Positions 1-8,894 are shown, counted from the first letter of the stretch. The stretch is 32,000 nt of DNA from Corynebacterium glutamicum ATCC 13032 (GCF_000011325.1 NC_003450.3:2880001-2912000); one strand, 5' to 3'. Numbers and translations are program-made. Notes: generated by a model not told the origin, from the letters alone.

Positions 1-256
1 CGCACAGTTGATCGATGTCCGCGAGACCGATGAATACGCAGAGGTTCGAGCACAGGGTGCCGTCAACATTCCTATGAGCGAGTTCGTTGGCCGCATCGAT
101 GAGATCGATCTGGACCGCGACATTTATGTCATTTGCAAGCTGGGTGGACGCTCAGCTCAGGTTGCCGAATACCTTGAGCAGCGCGGAATTGAAGCCATCA
201 ACGTAAACGGTGGCACCGACGGCTGGGTTGCTGCAGGATTGCCAACCGAGGCATAA
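1..256 (+). CDS. Rhodanese-domain sulfurtransferase (5' end outside window)
   Basis: The frame is open from the window edge (AQLIDVRETDEYAE...). It has the rhodanese active-site loop CKLGGRS (C-x2-G-x-R-S). Stop TAA at 254-256 is followed by a hairpin terminator. Confidence 0.85.
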   Translation, partial: AQLIDVRETDEYAEVRAQGAVNIPMSEFVGRIDEIDLDRDIYVICKLGGRSAQVAEYLEQRGIEAINVNGGTDGWVAAGLPTEA

Positions 257-272
257 GAACCCGCCGCAAAAG

Positions 273-312
273 ATCCCGGCATCTGAATTCACGTCAGATA
301 CCGGGATTTTTC
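273..312 (+). terminator. Rho-independent terminator after the rhodanese gene
   Basis: ATCCCGG (273-279) pairs with CCGGGAT (301-307), with inner TCTGA/TCAGA pairing. A TTTTT run follows directly. Confidence 0.7.
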
Positions 313-314
313 AC

Positions 315-349
315 GCCCTACAAAGCCCCTACATGCCCTACAAAGCCCC
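315..349. repeat. 15-bp direct repeat GCCCTACAAAGCCCC x2 with 20-bp period
   Basis: Exact copies at 315-329 and 335-349 are separated by TACAT. They lie in the intergenic region upstream of the marR-like gene. Confidence 0.9.
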
Positions 350-544
350 CAACACACCAACCCAGATACCTCCACCCTCAAGTAGAAGTCGAGATTTTTC
401 ATTTCACTGCAAACATAGTTCTAGATCAGACCATTTAAAAAATTACACCCTCACCTGGAATTTTGCAGAAATAGGGCAAGAATCAAAATAGTGGGAAATC
501 CCCATGTTTCGCGAAGTCCCATTGTTGGAGTTAGGCTTATACCC

Positions 545-991
545 ATGGCTACGCATCCAGATATTCCCACAGAGTTGCTTGAATCTCCGAGCTATCAACT
601 TGAACGACTTCGACGACGCACTCGTGACCATGTTGAGGCCGAATTGGCCAAGCATGAGACCACGATGAGGGAATTCTGGACGCTTACATGTCTGGTTCAT
701 TCCGACGCTGCAAGCCAGTCAGTTCTGTGTGAGCTGCTGGCCATTGATGCATCGGATATGGTCAGACTCGTTGACTCACTTGAGGTACGCGGCTGGGCGA
801 AAAGGGAACGTGATCCCAAAGACCGTCGTCGCCAAATTGTTGCGTCAACGAAGAAGGGAAAAAACGCCCAGGCGGATCTGCACAAAGTTGTGCTTGAGGC
901 AGAGGATGCTGCGTTGGATGAGTCTACGTCCAAGCAGTTGAAGCACCTTCGTAAATTGGCCGCAGCAATTATCTCCACCGAAGAGGACTAA
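545..991 (+). CDS. MarR-family transcriptional regulator
   Basis: Winged-helix MarR pattern (QLERLRR...; LAIDASDMVRLVDSLEVRGWAKRERDPKDRRRQIV). I prefer ATG 545 (MATHPDIP...) over the GTG at 491 used in the ORF track. The stop lies 8 nt before the NRPS start, which suggests co-transcription. Confidence 0.85.
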   Translation: MATHPDIPTELLESPSYQLERLRRRTRDHVEAELAKHETTMREFWTLTCLVHSDAASQSVLCELLAIDASDMVRLVDSLEVRGWAKRERDPKDRRRQIVASTKKGKNAQADLHKVVLEAEDAALDESTSKQLKHLRKLAAAIISTEED

Positions 992-998
992 ATATAAC

Positions 999-3900
999 GT
1001 GGCATTGAGCAGTGTTCCAGCACAGTTCCTGAGATCCGCCCAGGCGCCCCCGAAGCGTACTTTGTGGGACGTCTTAGAATCCGTCGCCTCTACTTATCCT
1101 GAGGCAGCAGCTATTGACGATGGCCAGGTGTTGACCTACGCAGAGTTGATGGAAGAAGTCACCGCGTTGGCTGATTCCATTCATGCACAGGGCATTCGCC
1201 GTGGTGATCGCATCGGTATTCGCATGCCGTCTGGTACGCGTGACCTTTACATCGCTATTTTGGCCACTCTCGCTGCTGGTGCTGCTTACGTGCCAGTTGA
1301 TGCAGATGATCCTGAAGAGCGCGCCGAGATGGTGTTTGGTGAAGCAAATATTAATGCGCTTTTCGACGCCACCGGCTTCCATATGCTTCGCCCGACCGCG
1401 GGCGGCGATACCCGTAGACCACGCTTGGATGATACGGCGTGGATTATCTTTACTTCCGGTTCCACCGGCAAGCCTAAGGGTGTGGCTGTGTCCCACCGTT
1501 CAGCTGCGGCTTTCGTGGATGCCGAAGCACAAATGTTCCTTGTCGATCACCCTTCCGGCCCCCTTGGCCCAGAAGACCGAGTCCTTGCGGGATTGTCTGT
1601 AGCCTTTGACGCATCTTGTGAGGAAATGTGGTTGGCCTGGGGCCACGGCGCCTGCTTGGTGCCAGCACCACGCTCCCTAGTCCGTTCCGGTATGGACTTG
1701 GGCCCATGGCTGATTCGCCGCGACATCAGTGTCGTCTCCACCGTCCCAACTCTGGCTGGTCTGTGGCCAGCAGAAGCATTGTCACAGGTCCGCTTGCTCA
1801 TCGTCGGCGGCGAGGCTTGCTCGCAGGAGCTCGTTGAACGCTTATCGACGCCTGACCGCGAGGTGTGGAACACTTACGGCCCCACCGAAGCAACGGTGGT
1901 TGCCTGTGGCACTCAACTCTATGCTGGTCAGCCAGTGGGCATTGGTTTGCCACTTGCTGGTTGGGATCTTGTTGTTGTCGACGATGCCGGCGAACCTGTC
2001 GGAATCGGCGAGGTCGGCGAATTGGTCATCGGTGGTGTGGGTCTTGCACGCTACCTTGATCCAGAAAAAGACCGCGAGAAGTATGCGCCACTGAAGTCTG
2101 TTGGTTGGACCCGCGCTTATCGTTCCGGTGACCACGTTCGTCTGGAAGAAGATGGCCTCTACTTTGTGGGCCGCGTTGATGATCAGGTGAAAATCGGCGG
2201 TCGACGCATCGAGCTCGGTGAAGTTGATGCCAATGTGGCAGCGCTTTCCAACGTTCGTTCCTCCGCAGTGGTTGTTCAGACCACTGGTGCGGATCAAAAA
2301 GTTCTGGTTGCATACGTTTCTTTGGAAGATGCTGCAGCTGGATTTGATCACAACGTCGCGACTGCCCGACTCACCGAAACCATGCCTGCTGCTTTGGTTC
2401 CGCGCATTCACGTGATGGATGATCTGCCTGTCACCACCTCCGGCAAGGTTGATAAGAAGTCTTTGCCGTGGCCTCTTCCTGGCACCGTGGTGGAAGCTAA
2501 TGACCTCAGCGCAACGGAAGCCTGGATTGCTCAGGAATGGGTCGATATCCTCGGCACTTCTGTGAGCAGCAAAGACGCCGACTTCTTCTCCCTTGGCGGT
2601 ACCTCTCTCGCGGCTGCGACTTTGGTTGGCCGGGTACGTGCAAAGGTTCCCACCGCTGCGGTGCGTGATCTTTACGATCACCCTCGCTTGGAGAAATTCG
2701 CCGAGCGTGTCGAGGCTATCGCCGCCGACACTGGCATTTCTTTGGAGGCGCCAAACCAGGTGGAGGAGCGCGTCGTCAAGCCTGTTTCTTTTGGCACTCG
2801 TGTGATGCAGACCCTCATCCAGATTCCGATCATGACGCTGCAAGCAGCACAGTGGATTGCATGGTTGCTGTTGGGCAACAACATCATGGCAGCGCTTGAT
2901 TTCGATTGGGCTGTTCATGTCTCCTGGTGGCTTGTCATCGGCATGATTTTGGTGTTCGCTACCCCGATTGGTCGCTTGCCGATCGGCGGTTGGGGCGCCC
3001 GCATCATCACCCGTGGCATAACTCCTGGCTCCTACCCTCGTGGCGGTTCCACTCACCTGCGCATTTGGTCCGCCGAGCGCCTTGCTGATGCCTCTGGCTC
3101 TCGCAATATTTCTGGCGCAACCTGGGTGAACTACTTCGCGCGTTCCCTGGGTGTGAAGATGGGCAAGGGCGTGGATCTTCACTCCCTGCCACCAATCACT
3201 GGCCTTTTGACCTTGGGCAACAATGTTTCCATCGAGCAAGAAGTTGACCTTCGTGGCTACTGGCTCGACGGCGATATCCTGCGTGTAGGCACCATTGAGG
3301 TCCATGACAACGCTCGTATCGGCGCTCGTTCCACCCTGCTTCCCGGCACCGTGGTGGGCACCGGCGCTCACCTGCTGCCTGGTTCAACAGTGACTGGTGA
3401 TAAGACCATCAAGCCTGGTTCTCGTTGGGCTGGCTCCCCTGCACAAAAGGTGGGTCGTGCAAAGCACCGCTTCCCAACCTCCCATCCTCCACGCAGGTCC
3501 CGGTGGGTTCCGGTGTTCGGCGCGACCTCCATCGTGTTGTCGCTGCTGCCACTTCAGGCTCTCGCTATTGGCGCTGCTATCACCTTGTGGCTGGCCACGA
3601 TTAGCCCGCTTCCACTGATCTGGGGTGTGCTGGTTTTTGCTACCGTCGGCGCGTTGGCTGCGTTCTTTGCTTACACCGTGACCATCTGGGTGCTTGTCCG
3701 TTTGATCCAGATCGGCATCAAGGGCGGCACCGCACCAGTGAGGTCCCGTCTTGGTTGGCAGGTCTGGGCAGTTCAACGCCTCATGGACGATGCCCGCACC
3801 TATCTCTTCCCGCTCTACGCATCCCAACTGACCCCACTGTGGTTCCGCAGCTTGGGCGCGAAGATCGGCAAGGATGTTGAGATCTCCACCGCGGTGATGG

Positions 3901-4886
3901 TTCCTAAACTGGCTGATATCCGCGAAGGCGCATTCCTGGCCGATGACACCCTCATCGGTGGCTATGAGCTGGGTAATGGTTGGCTGCTCAGTGGTGAAAC
4001 CCGCGTGGGTAAGCGTTCCTTCATTGGTAACTCTGGCATCGCAGGACCTGAGCGCAAGCTCGCTAAGAACTCCCTGGTTGCAGTGCTCTCCTCCACCCCG
4101 AAGAAGGCTAAGGCCAACTCCAACTGGTGGGGTTCCCCTCCAGAGCGCATGCGTCGTGTCACTGTCGAAGTTGATGAGGGCGAAGCAAAGACCTACAGCC
4201 CTGGCTTTGGTGTGAAGTTTGCACGTGGCGCGGTGGAAACCGCACGTCTGCTTGCTCCAATAACCTCTGGTGTGTTGGCTGCGCTGTCACTGCTGCTCAT
4301 GCAGTACCTGCTCACTGAGTTCAACATGTGGATCACCTGGTTGCTTGGCGGACTGATCCTCATGACGGTTGGTGTGCTCGCCATGGGCATTACGGTTGTG
4401 ATGAAGTGGGTTTGCGTCGGCAAGCATAAGCCGTCTGAGCACCCTCTCTTCAGCCGCTTTGTGTGGCTGAATGAGCTGCAAGATGCGTTCGTGGAATCCG
4501 TGGCTGGCCCATGGTTCCTCGTGCCCAACCTGGGCACCGGCGCGCTGAACGCCGGCATGAGCGCGCTTGGCGCACACATCGGCCGTGGCGCATGGATCGA
4601 ATCCTACTGGCTGCCGGAAACCGACCTCTGCTACATCGGCAAGGGCGCAACCGTGGGCCCTGGCGTGGTCGTGCAGACCCACCTCTTCCAGGACCGCGTG
4701 ATGAGCCTAGATACGGTGACCGTCGCTGACGGCGCCACCCTAGCGGACCACTCCGTTGCCCTTCCTGCTTCGCTTATCGACGCCTCCGCCACCATCGGCC
4801 CAGGCTCGCTGGTGATGCGCGGCGACAAGGTACCAGCGCATACCCGCTGGCAAGGCAACCCAATTGAGCCGTGGAGCAACTCTTAA
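999..4886 (+). CDS. Pls/PosA-type single-module NRPS (homopoly-amino-acid synthetase-like): A domain, T domain, 6 TM segments interleaved with 3 hexapeptide-repeat domains
   Basis: GTG start with GAAGAGGA about 10 nt upstream. Adenylation motifs are FTSGSTGKPKG (1449-1481), GRVDDQVKIGGRRIELGEV and TSGKVDKKSL. The carrier-protein motif is FFSLGGTSL (Ser536 codon 2604-2606). Three hydrophobic helix pairs (about 2802-2975, 3512-3710, 4249-4412) separate three regions of left-handed beta-helix-like repeats (e.g. LGNNVSIEQEVDLRG...IGARSTLLPGTVVGTGAHLLPGSTV). Confidence 0.93.
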   Translation: MALSSVPAQFLRSAQAPPKRTLWDVLESVASTYPEAAAIDDGQVLTYAELMEEVTALADSIHAQGIRRGDRIGIRMPSGTRDLYIAILATLAAGAAYVPVDADDPEERAEMVFGEANINALFDATGFHMLRPTAGGDTRRPRLDDTAWIIFTSGSTGKPKGVAVSHRSAAAFVDAEAQMFLVDHPSGPLGPEDRVLAGLSVAFDASCEEMWLAWGHGACLVPAPRSLVRSGMDLGPWLIRRDISVVSTVPTLAGLWPAEALSQVRLLIVGGEACSQELVERLSTPDREVWNTYGPTEATVVACGTQLYAGQPVGIGLPLAGWDLVVVDDAGEPVGIGEVGELVIGGVGLARYLDPEKDREKYAPLKSVGWTRAYRSGDHVRLEEDGLYFVGRVDDQVKIGGRRIELGEVDANVAALSNVRSSAVVVQTTGADQKVLVAYVSLEDAAAGFDHNVATARLTETMPAALVPRIHVMDDLPVTTSGKVDKKSLPWPLPGTVVEANDLSATEAWIAQEWVDILGTSVSSKDADFFSLGGTSLAAATLVGRVRAKVPTAAVRDLYDHPRLEKFAERVEAIAADTGISLEAPNQVEERVVKPVSFGTRVMQTLIQIPIMTLQAAQWIAWLLLGNNIMAALDFDWAVHVSWWLVIGMILVFATPIGRLPIGGWGARIITRGITPGSYPRGGSTHLRIWSAERLADASGSRNISGATWVNYFARSLGVKMGKGVDLHSLPPITGLLTLGNNVSIEQEVDLRGYWLDGDILRVGTIEVHDNARIGARSTLLPGTVVGTGAHLLPGSTVTGDKTIKPGSRWAGSPAQKVGRAKHRFPTSHPPRRSRWVPVFGATSIVLSLLPLQALAIGAAITLWLATISPLPLIWGVLVFATVGALAAFFAYTVTIWVLVRLIQIGIKGGTAPVRSRLGWQVWAVQRLMDDARTYLFPLYASQLTPLWFRSLGAKIGKDVEISTAVMVPKLADIREGAFLADDTLIGGYELGNGWLLSGETRVGKRSFIGNSGIAGPERKLAKNSLVAVLSSTPKKAKANSNWWGSPPERMRRVTVEVDEGEAKTYSPGFGVKFARGAVETARLLAPITSGVLAALSLLLMQYLLTEFNMWITWLLGGLILMTVGVLAMGITVVMKWVCVGKHKPSEHPLFSRFVWLNELQDAFVESVAGPWFLVPNLGTGALNAGMSALGAHIGRGAWIESYWLPETDLCYIGKGATVGPGVVVQTHLFQDRVMSLDTVTVADGATLADHSVALPASLIDASATIGPGSLVMRGDKVPAHTRWQGNPIEPWSNS

Positions 4887-4898
4887 ATAACAACAATC

Positions 4899-4932
4899 AG
4901 CCGGATCCTTAAAGCAAGGGTCCGGCTTTTTG
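4899..4932. terminator. Hairpin terminator between the convergent NRPS and aldehyde dehydrogenase genes
   Basis: AGCCGGATCC (4899-4908) pairs with GGGTCCGGCT (4918-4927), including one G-U pair. TTTTTG follows on the plus strand; the U-tract on the minus strand is weaker. Confidence 0.7.
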
Positions 4933-6498
4933 CTACGGCAAAACTTTAAAGATTTTGCCCAGCTTTAGCGCTGTGGCCACGGTGTCTGAGTACACCTTTC
5001 GCGGCATTTTGGCCGGCCCACGCATAGACATCCAGCGCTGCTCCGCGATGTTTCGGATCTCCGCATATTTTGTAATTCCCTCCGCACCATGGCGGTGCCC
5101 CAGCCCCGACTGCTTCATGCCACCCAGAGGCGTGGACACGCTCGCCCACGTCGCGGCGTAGCCATCATTAATACCGATACCGCCAGCTTCCAGCTGGCCT
5201 GCAACAAGATTGCCGGTTTCCGACGACCCAAAGACGGACGCATTCAGGCCGTAGGGCGTGCCATTTGCCTTATCGACGGCTTCTTCCAGTGTGGCTACCT
5301 TTTCGATGAACACCACCGGCCCGAAGACTTCCTCCGTGAGCAGTGGGGTGCCCTCTGGGACATCCGCCAATACCGTGGGCTCATAGAAGAAGGGACCAAT
5401 ATCAGGGCGTGACTTGCCACCGCACAGCACCGTGGCGCCCGCAGCTTTAGCCTGATCAACAAAGGTGCTCACCCGATCCAGCTGCGCCTGATTGATCAAC
5501 GAACCCATCTCATATTTCCACTCAAATCCGGCACCAATGGACATGGCTTTCGCCGCCTTGCTAAACCGTGCAATCACCTCCTCGTACACGTCTTCCTCGA
5601 CATAAATACGTTCAGTGGAGACACACAATTGCCCCGAGTTGGAAAAACACGCCTGCGGAAGCTCAGCTTCCACCTTGTCCAGATCTGCATCCTTGGCCAC
5701 AATAAGAGGGTTCTTTCCGCCTAATTCCGCAGAGAAACCCACCAAACGCTCACCCATTGTCCGACCCAAGATCCGGCCCGTGGCCGTGGATCCAGTGAAC
5801 ATGAGGAAATCACACTGAGCTGCAATCGCACCGCCAACAATATCGCCAGGGCCGGTGACAACCTGCATCAAATCACGCGGCAGACCGGCTTCAATGAGCA
5901 GGTGCACCATGATCAAGCAGGAGAAAGGTGTCGCGAGGTCAGGTTTAGCCACCACTGCGTTTCCTGCCAGCAGCGCCGGAACAGCATCAGATACTCCCAA
6001 AGTTAAAGGGTAATTCCACGGCGTGATCTGCCCGACCACTCCCTTGGGCACATACTGTTGTGTGTTTTTCGTGATGATCGGAAGCGCGCCGGGGCGTTTC
6101 TTGTCATTTAAAAACTTTCCTGCATTGTTTGCGTAGAAGCGGGTGGTGATCGCAACGTCCAACACCTCATCGGCAGCCGATGCTCGATTTTTGCCTGTTT
6201 CCAACTGCACGATGTCCATGAGCAGCTCACGGTTTTTCAATACCAGATCATGAAACTTCAGGAAGATCTTCTTCCGTTCCACTGCCGTGGTGTGCACCCA
6301 CTTTTTCTGGGCTGCCCTTGAAAGTGCAAAAGCATGCTCGACGTCTTGCTCATCACCATCAAAAACAAATCCGAGGGTCTCGCCAGTAAATGGCGCTATA
6401 ACCTCCACTTTCGCCGCATCTTGGGCATTTGCGGTCAGATCAAGCAGAGTCTGATGAAGTTCTTTAGGCAGCGGACCTAAAGGAAGACGTTTGATCAT
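4933..6498 (-). CDS. gabD2: NAD(P)-dependent aldehyde dehydrogenase, GabD2-like succinate-semialdehyde dehydrogenase
   Basis: 521 aa with the ALDH signatures FSAELGGKNP (catalytic Glu) and FSNSGQLCVSTERIYV (catalytic Cys). From memory it is closely collinear with mycobacterial GabD2. GAAGG precedes the ATG. Confidence 0.9.
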   Translation of the reverse strand: MIKRLPLGPLPKELHQTLLDLTANAQDAAKVEVIAPFTGETLGFVFDGDEQDVEHAFALSRAAQKKWVHTTAVERKKIFLKFHDLVLKNRELLMDIVQLETGKNRASAADEVLDVAITTRFYANNAGKFLNDKKRPGALPIITKNTQQYVPKGVVGQITPWNYPLTLGVSDAVPALLAGNAVVAKPDLATPFSCLIMVHLLIEAGLPRDLMQVVTGPGDIVGGAIAAQCDFLMFTGSTATGRILGRTMGERLVGFSAELGGKNPLIVAKDADLDKVEAELPQACFSNSGQLCVSTERIYVEEDVYEEVIARFSKAAKAMSIGAGFEWKYEMGSLINQAQLDRVSTFVDQAKAAGATVLCGGKSRPDIGPFFYEPTVLADVPEGTPLLTEEVFGPVVFIEKVATLEEAVDKANGTPYGLNASVFGSSETGNLVAGQLEAGGIGINDGYAATWASVSTPLGGMKQSGLGHRHGAEGITKYAEIRNIAEQRWMSMRGPAKMPRKVYSDTVATALKLGKIFKVLP

Positions 6499-6850
6499 GG
6501 GCTTTTACCTTCGTTTCGCGTTCTGATGCTCGTGTGGTGCCCAGCTTATGCAGAATCCTTCACAGCTGATTTAAGACCCGCCAAGTAGTTGTCCACTGCC
6601 CATTTAGAGAATCCTGGTTCAATCGTCTCCACCTGAACCGGCAACGGCCGTGAAGTGGCAACTAACCCAAAGTGAAAACGAATTGGACTTAGATCAGGTG
6701 CCGCAAAACAACGCATTGGCTCGTCGTCGGATTAATGCGCCTTTGCCATGATGAAAAAATATAAGTTTTATCGCGATCCTCAGATCTGCCAGGAGATCGC
6801 AGCAGCATAGAACACCGAACTAGATCACAACCGATTGGGCTTACTTAAAT

Positions 6851-6897
6851 AAAAAACTCCCCAGCACCTTCTACTGAAAGGTGCTGGGGAGTTTTTT
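6851..6897 (-). terminator. Strong bidirectional-type hairpin terminator downstream of ppk2
   Basis: ACTCCCCAGCACCTT (6856-6870) pairs with AAGGTGCTGGGGAGT (6878-6892). It is flanked by an A-run (6851-6856) and a T-run (6892-6897). Confidence 0.85.
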
Positions 6898-6913
6898 CAT
6901 GCCCGCCTAGTGA

Positions 6914-7834
6914 CTAGTCACCGATCTGGTCGCGCCCACGAAGCACAACCTTAGGGTCAGGCTCACCAACGAGCTCGTAATCCTTGTCGGTGTAATCAAA
7001 CTTGGACAATACATAACGCATCGCGTTGATACGCGCACGCTTCTTGTCATTCGACTTGATGGTGATCCACGGGGACTCATCAGTGTCGGTGTAACGGAAC
7101 TGCTCTTCCTTAGCGCGGGTGTAATCATCCCAGCGATCAAGTGAAGCCAAGTCCATTGGGGAAAGCTTCCACTGACGCACAGGATCAACCTGGCGGATAG
7201 CAAAACGGGTGCGCTGCTCTTTACGGGTCACCGAGAACCAGAACTTGGTCAAGCTGATACCAGAGCCCAGGATCATGTTTTCCAGCATTGGAACCTCACG
7301 CAGGAACTCTGCATGCTGTGATTCGGTGCAGAAACCCATGACGCGCTCCACGCCGGAACGGTTGTACCAAGAGCGGTCAAAGAAAACGATCTCGCCAGCA
7401 GCTGGGAAGTGCTGAATATAGCGCTGGAAGTACCATGAGGTGGATTCGCGTGGTGATGGCTTCTCCAACGCAACAGTACGGGCACCACGAGGGTTCAGGT
7501 GTTCGTTGAAGCGCTTAATGGTGCCACCCTTACCAGCGGCGTCACGCCCTTCGAACAAAATGATGTGGCGCTGGCCAGTTTCCTTGGTCCAGTTCTGCCA
7601 CTTCAGCAGCTCGATCTGGAGGGAGCGCTTGACCTTCTCATAGTCTTCGCGGGTGACGCGCTCTTCATAAGGGAAGTCTTCGCGCCAGGTTTCAATGGGG
7701 GTTCCATCTGGACGCAGAAGTACTGGATCATCTTCATCCGAGTCATCTACAACATAGCCTTCGATTTGGGCAAGGTCGATAACTGGAAGATCATTTTCGT
7801 TGGTTTCAGCCATGATGGGAAGTTTACCCACCAT
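6914..7834 (-). CDS. ppk2: Polyphosphate kinase 2 (PPK2 family)
   Basis: 306 aa with the PPK2 P-loop FEGRDAAGKGGTIKR and the typical DRSWYNR and FWFSV...EQ..R blocks. An alternative start exists at Met8 (7813). Confidence 0.93.
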   Translation of the reverse strand: MVGKLPIMAETNENDLPVIDLAQIEGYVVDDSDEDDPVLLRPDGTPIETWREDFPYEERVTREDYEKVKRSLQIELLKWQNWTKETGQRHIILFEGRDAAGKGGTIKRFNEHLNPRGARTVALEKPSPRESTSWYFQRYIQHFPAAGEIVFFDRSWYNRSGVERVMGFCTESQHAEFLREVPMLENMILGSGISLTKFWFSVTRKEQRTRFAIRQVDPVRQWKLSPMDLASLDRWDDYTRAKEEQFRYTDTDESPWITIKSNDKKRARINAMRYVLSKFDYTDKDYELVGEPDPKVVLRGRDQIGD

Positions 7835-7881
7835 TGACTAATTCGGCGTGCCAAAGGGGCGTCTTTCTGGTGGCAGATACG

Positions 7882-7914
7882 AAAAAACTCTGATCCATAT
7901 GGATCAGAGTTTTT
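7882..7914 (-). terminator. Perfect palindromic terminator after porA
   Basis: ACTCTGATCCAT/ATGGATCAGAGT (7887-7910) is flanked by AAAAA and TTTT. Confidence 0.85.
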
Positions 7915-7941
7915 GAAAACTTTGCCCGTGGGCGAAGTTAA

Positions 7942-8079
7942 TTAGCCAAGCAGACCGATGAGGTCAGCAACTGCGCCAGCCCACTTGCTGGAAGCGCCGA
8001 GGAAGTCGAAGACGTAGCCGATGAGGCCGGAGCCGGAAAGGACATCAAGGTTTCCAAGGAACTCGTAAACGTTTTCCAT
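7942..8079 (-). CDS. porA: PorA, 45-aa cell-wall (mycomembrane) channel subunit
   Basis: The translation MENVYEFLGNLDVLSGSGLIGYVFDFLGASSKWAGAVADLIGLLG matches the C. glutamicum PorA peptide as I remember it. AGGAG lies 8 nt upstream of ATG 8079. The track ORF (to 8142) is an upstream in-frame extension. Confidence 0.93.
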   Translation of the reverse strand: MENVYEFLGNLDVLSGSGLIGYVFDFLGASSKWAGAVADLIGLLG

Positions 8080-8162
8080 TTTAAATTCTCCTATTAAGAG
8101 TTGAGATGAGGGGGAAGGGGGAAGGCTGTGGATTTTAGCCAATCAGCCAAATCGGATTTCTC

Positions 8163-8336
8163 TTAGGAAGAGAAGTTATCCAGATTCTCGCCGGTGGTGT
8201 CAGCGAGATCTCCGAAGTTGTCGAAGAAGTTAAGGATGGAATCGAGCAGGGTTGGGATGCTCTGAAGAGCGGTACCGATGTTGCCACCGAAGGTCTCGTA
8301 GTTGCCGAGGGTTTCCTTGAGAAGGGAAAGATCCAT
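8163..8336 (-). CDS. porH: PorH, 57-aa cell-wall channel subunit
   Basis: The translation MDLSLLKETLGNYETFGGNIGTALQSIPTLLDSILNFFDNFGDLADTTGENLDNFSS matches the C. glutamicum PorH peptide as I remember it. AAGGAG lies upstream of ATG 8336. Confidence 0.93.
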   Translation of the reverse strand: MDLSLLKETLGNYETFGGNIGTALQSIPTLLDSILNFFDNFGDLADTTGENLDNFSS

Positions 8337-8839
8337 GAGAAATCTCCTTGAGAGGACCAGCAAAGAAAGCTGGTGATGGTTGCCAGTTTGCTGACGCCCT
8401 CAGGACGTCACTCAATTATTCAATCACATTTTGACAACACGTCAAGGCGAATCAGGAAAGTTTCCCAGCGTGCTTTTCAACCAAACTCAGCAAAGAATTA
8501 TTTGACGATTTTTCCCGTAAATATATCTTGACCTGCAGAAATGTTAGATATTTAAGTGAACAGGGAGAAAACTTTCCAGCTAAACCCCATGAAGGTGTAA
8601 CACTACTTAACAACGGCTCGATTAAAGCGAAACTTTAAAAAAGCGATTGTCATACACACCCTAATATGGGGGTAATTTACACCATTGGCTAAGTGGGGTG
8701 GTCGAAAAAAGGTGTGGAGTTAGTCTTTTTTATCAAGATTTGAGATGTCTAGCAGGTTAACGGAAGGTTGCCGTGCATGTCACCTTACGCCCCTCCGAAG
8801 GTGTGGGGAGACGTCGAAAAGCAATATCTTTTGACACGC

Positions 8840-8870
8840 AAAAGCCCTCCCGCAAAGCGTGCGGGAGGGC
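8840..8870 (-). terminator. Rho-independent terminator after groEL2
   Basis: GCCCTCCCGC (8844-8853) pairs with GCGGGAGGGC (8861-8870). On the minus-strand transcript a TTTT run follows (8840-8843). Confidence 0.8.
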
Positions 8871-8894
8871 AATTGAGGTGCGCGAATGAGGGGC

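Noticed and set aside
210-700. ORFs 210-491 (+) and 443-700 (-) spanning the rhodanese/marR intergenic region
   Set aside because: They run across a terminator hairpin and the marR start, their translations are low-complexity, and they lack ribosome-binding sites.
1842-3371. 509-aa minus-strand ORF, plus many shorter ORFs on both strands between 1074 and 4879
   Set aside because: It lies entirely antisense to or out of frame with the NRPS gene, whose motifs (AMP-binding, carrier Ser, hexapeptide repeats) are unambiguous. The translation is Arg/Gly/His-rich low-information sequence typical of shadow frames.
6546-6662. Protein-like reading frame on the minus strand (…ATSRPLPVQVETIEPGFSKWAVDNYLAGLKSAVKDSA*) in the 415-bp ORF-free gap between gabD2 and ppk2
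   Set aside because: A TAG at 6663-6665 interrupts the frame, and no ATG start with an SD is present. At most it is a gene remnant, and I could not support a pseudogene call without a database comparison.
8080-8142. Upstream in-frame extension of porA (a similar one exists for porH at 8337-8363) and the 61-aa ORF at 8230-8415
   Set aside because: The known mature-length peptides start at the internal ATGs, which have strong SD sequences. The extensions would include those SD sequences.
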